Assembly (NCBI RefSeq): GCF_004010195.1
Contig: NC_057719.1
Span: 58,482,079-58,546,078 of the forward strand
Direction of reading: 5' to 3'
Source of the DNA: Chiloscyllium plagiosum
Taxonomy: Eukaryota
Length of the DNA: 64,000 nt
The stretch's first letter is position 1. Every line of letters starts with the position of its first letter. The translations under genes and the position numbers were made by a program. The notes below the pieces were generated by a model. The model saw nothing but the letters and a program-made list of their open reading frames with translations, was not told the origin of the DNA and did no database searches. Shown piece after piece: positions 62,506-64,000 of this stretch.

Positions 62506-64000
62506 CTTGTATTTTATTGTCAGTATTGGAGTTGTGAACATTTTCATTCTTTTATACGTGGAATACATTTTTAAAAAATTAAATGTTAACTACCGTGTGA
62601 AATTAAATGGTTCAGATCACTTGGTATTGCTTCTGATTTAAGTACCTTATTGTTCAATTGTATGTAAATGTGAAGTTAGTGTAAGGGGAAGTACCTGCAA
62701 TGTAATTTGGTTATTCTTTAAAAACATGCTTGTGTTTTAAGTATAATTTCCCCACCCCTAAAGCAAACAAGTGACTCCACAGCTCCTACAGTAGCATTTA
62801 CAGATCTGGGAAGAGAAACTGGATCACACTCAAGAGGATTGGCATGGATACTCATGTGAAGTATTGTATTCTAATTCTCCATGCTATTTGAGATCATTTG
62901 CAATTCCCATTCAAACCAGGCTCTATTTCAGTTAACAAAACAAAGCTTGAAATGTCGTTTCACAATCAGCAAATGATGCATTAAAATATCATTTTACAAC
63001 CATGCTCATAATGCAACCATTGGTTACAAGGGTAAGCAACTAGCATGAAACAAAGTTTCCAAAACTGTAATAGGACAACTAATCAAGGACTCAGTTGAGC
63101 TTTAAACTATTTTATAAAATCTGTTTCTGAAGTACGTGTCATCTGTTTTCTTAATTTTGTGTTGGCAAATAAATTTACACAGATTTAAATAATTCAGCAG
63201 TGCATTGCTGCACATGACTATTACTGTACATTTGCAATTAGGCATTATGTTACTAATGTAATTTCAACAATTCTTAGTGTTTTCATTCAATTTTTTTTCC
63301 AACTACTAGATCTGACACCAACTGTCAGTAAATCTCTTATCTGTTCATATTAATCACATGAAATGATTAATGATCACCAACAATATTTGAACATCTGAAA
63401 ACTCTAGAGGGAAATAGAAGGATATTGAGAAAGGATATCATATTGATAGAACATATTTTACATCCTCAAAATGCTGCAAAGTGGTCTCAGTGAATTAATA
63501 ATTTTTGAATTAGGATTATTGTTGTTATGTGACCAAATATGGTGGCCAATTTGTGCACTGCAAGCGACCATAAATTCAGGCCAACAGAAGACTTGGCCTC
63601 TTGTGGTTTAGGCATGCATCTGATGTCTTTGAATCTAATTTTATCATAAAATGTTTACCAAAGTTGCTCACTTGGAACTCTAGTGCTAAGTATTTAAAGA
63701 TTCATGTCTTAAGGCATGTGAGGCTAGACTTTATCAGCCAGTGCCAAGATAAGAGTTGGTGGGCCCATTGTTGTGCCACCACTATGAGATCCTGCCATTT
63801 GCAGACAGTCTGATTGCCTGCAGGGCAATTTTCACTGCCATTTTACCAGTCACAGGGCATTTTCTGTATTGGAAGGCCACTAGGTAAACCTAGGCAGGCT
63901 GTTTGATGGCCATTGTAATGATGCTAGTTACCTTGAGCAAGCTACCTTTCCACACAGCCACTAGTCTGTTCACCCAGATAACATAGCTGACTTTGAGGAC

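Noticed and set aside
1..64000. CRISPR arrays, operons or bacterial defence systems
   Set aside because: This is vertebrate intronic DNA. Repeats are dispersed TEs and microsatellites with no repeat-spacer periodicity.

Overview
Eukaryotic, repeat-dominated vertebrate DNA, almost certainly from a shark or ray (inferred from HE1-type V-SINEs and HER1/CR1-type LINEs). The window lies inside the large introns of a + strand MIPOL1 orthologue. Two well-supported coding exons are at 34644-34779 and 35640-35745, and a candidate upstream exon is at 12917-13164. The rest is mostly nested transposon debris: many CR1 LINE pieces, five HE1 SINEs, a Rex1/Babar fragment, a Tigger/pogo relic with a related MITE, a Gmr1-like Gypsy relic, a solo LTR with a 4-bp TSD, a full-length but disrupted L1, and an env-bearing class III/SnRV-like endogenous retrovirus fragment. 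The most striking signal is a set of about 11 minimal hammerhead-ribozyme motifs in three sequence families (CUGANGA-A-stem II-GAAA plus a 4-nt palindrome). They sit in Penelope-like termini, several of which moved as 120-340 bp TSD-flanked mini-elements. No rRNA, true tRNA genes, CRISPR or prokaryotic features were seen. Most TE boundaries are approximate, and family names come from motif recognition rather than database searches.
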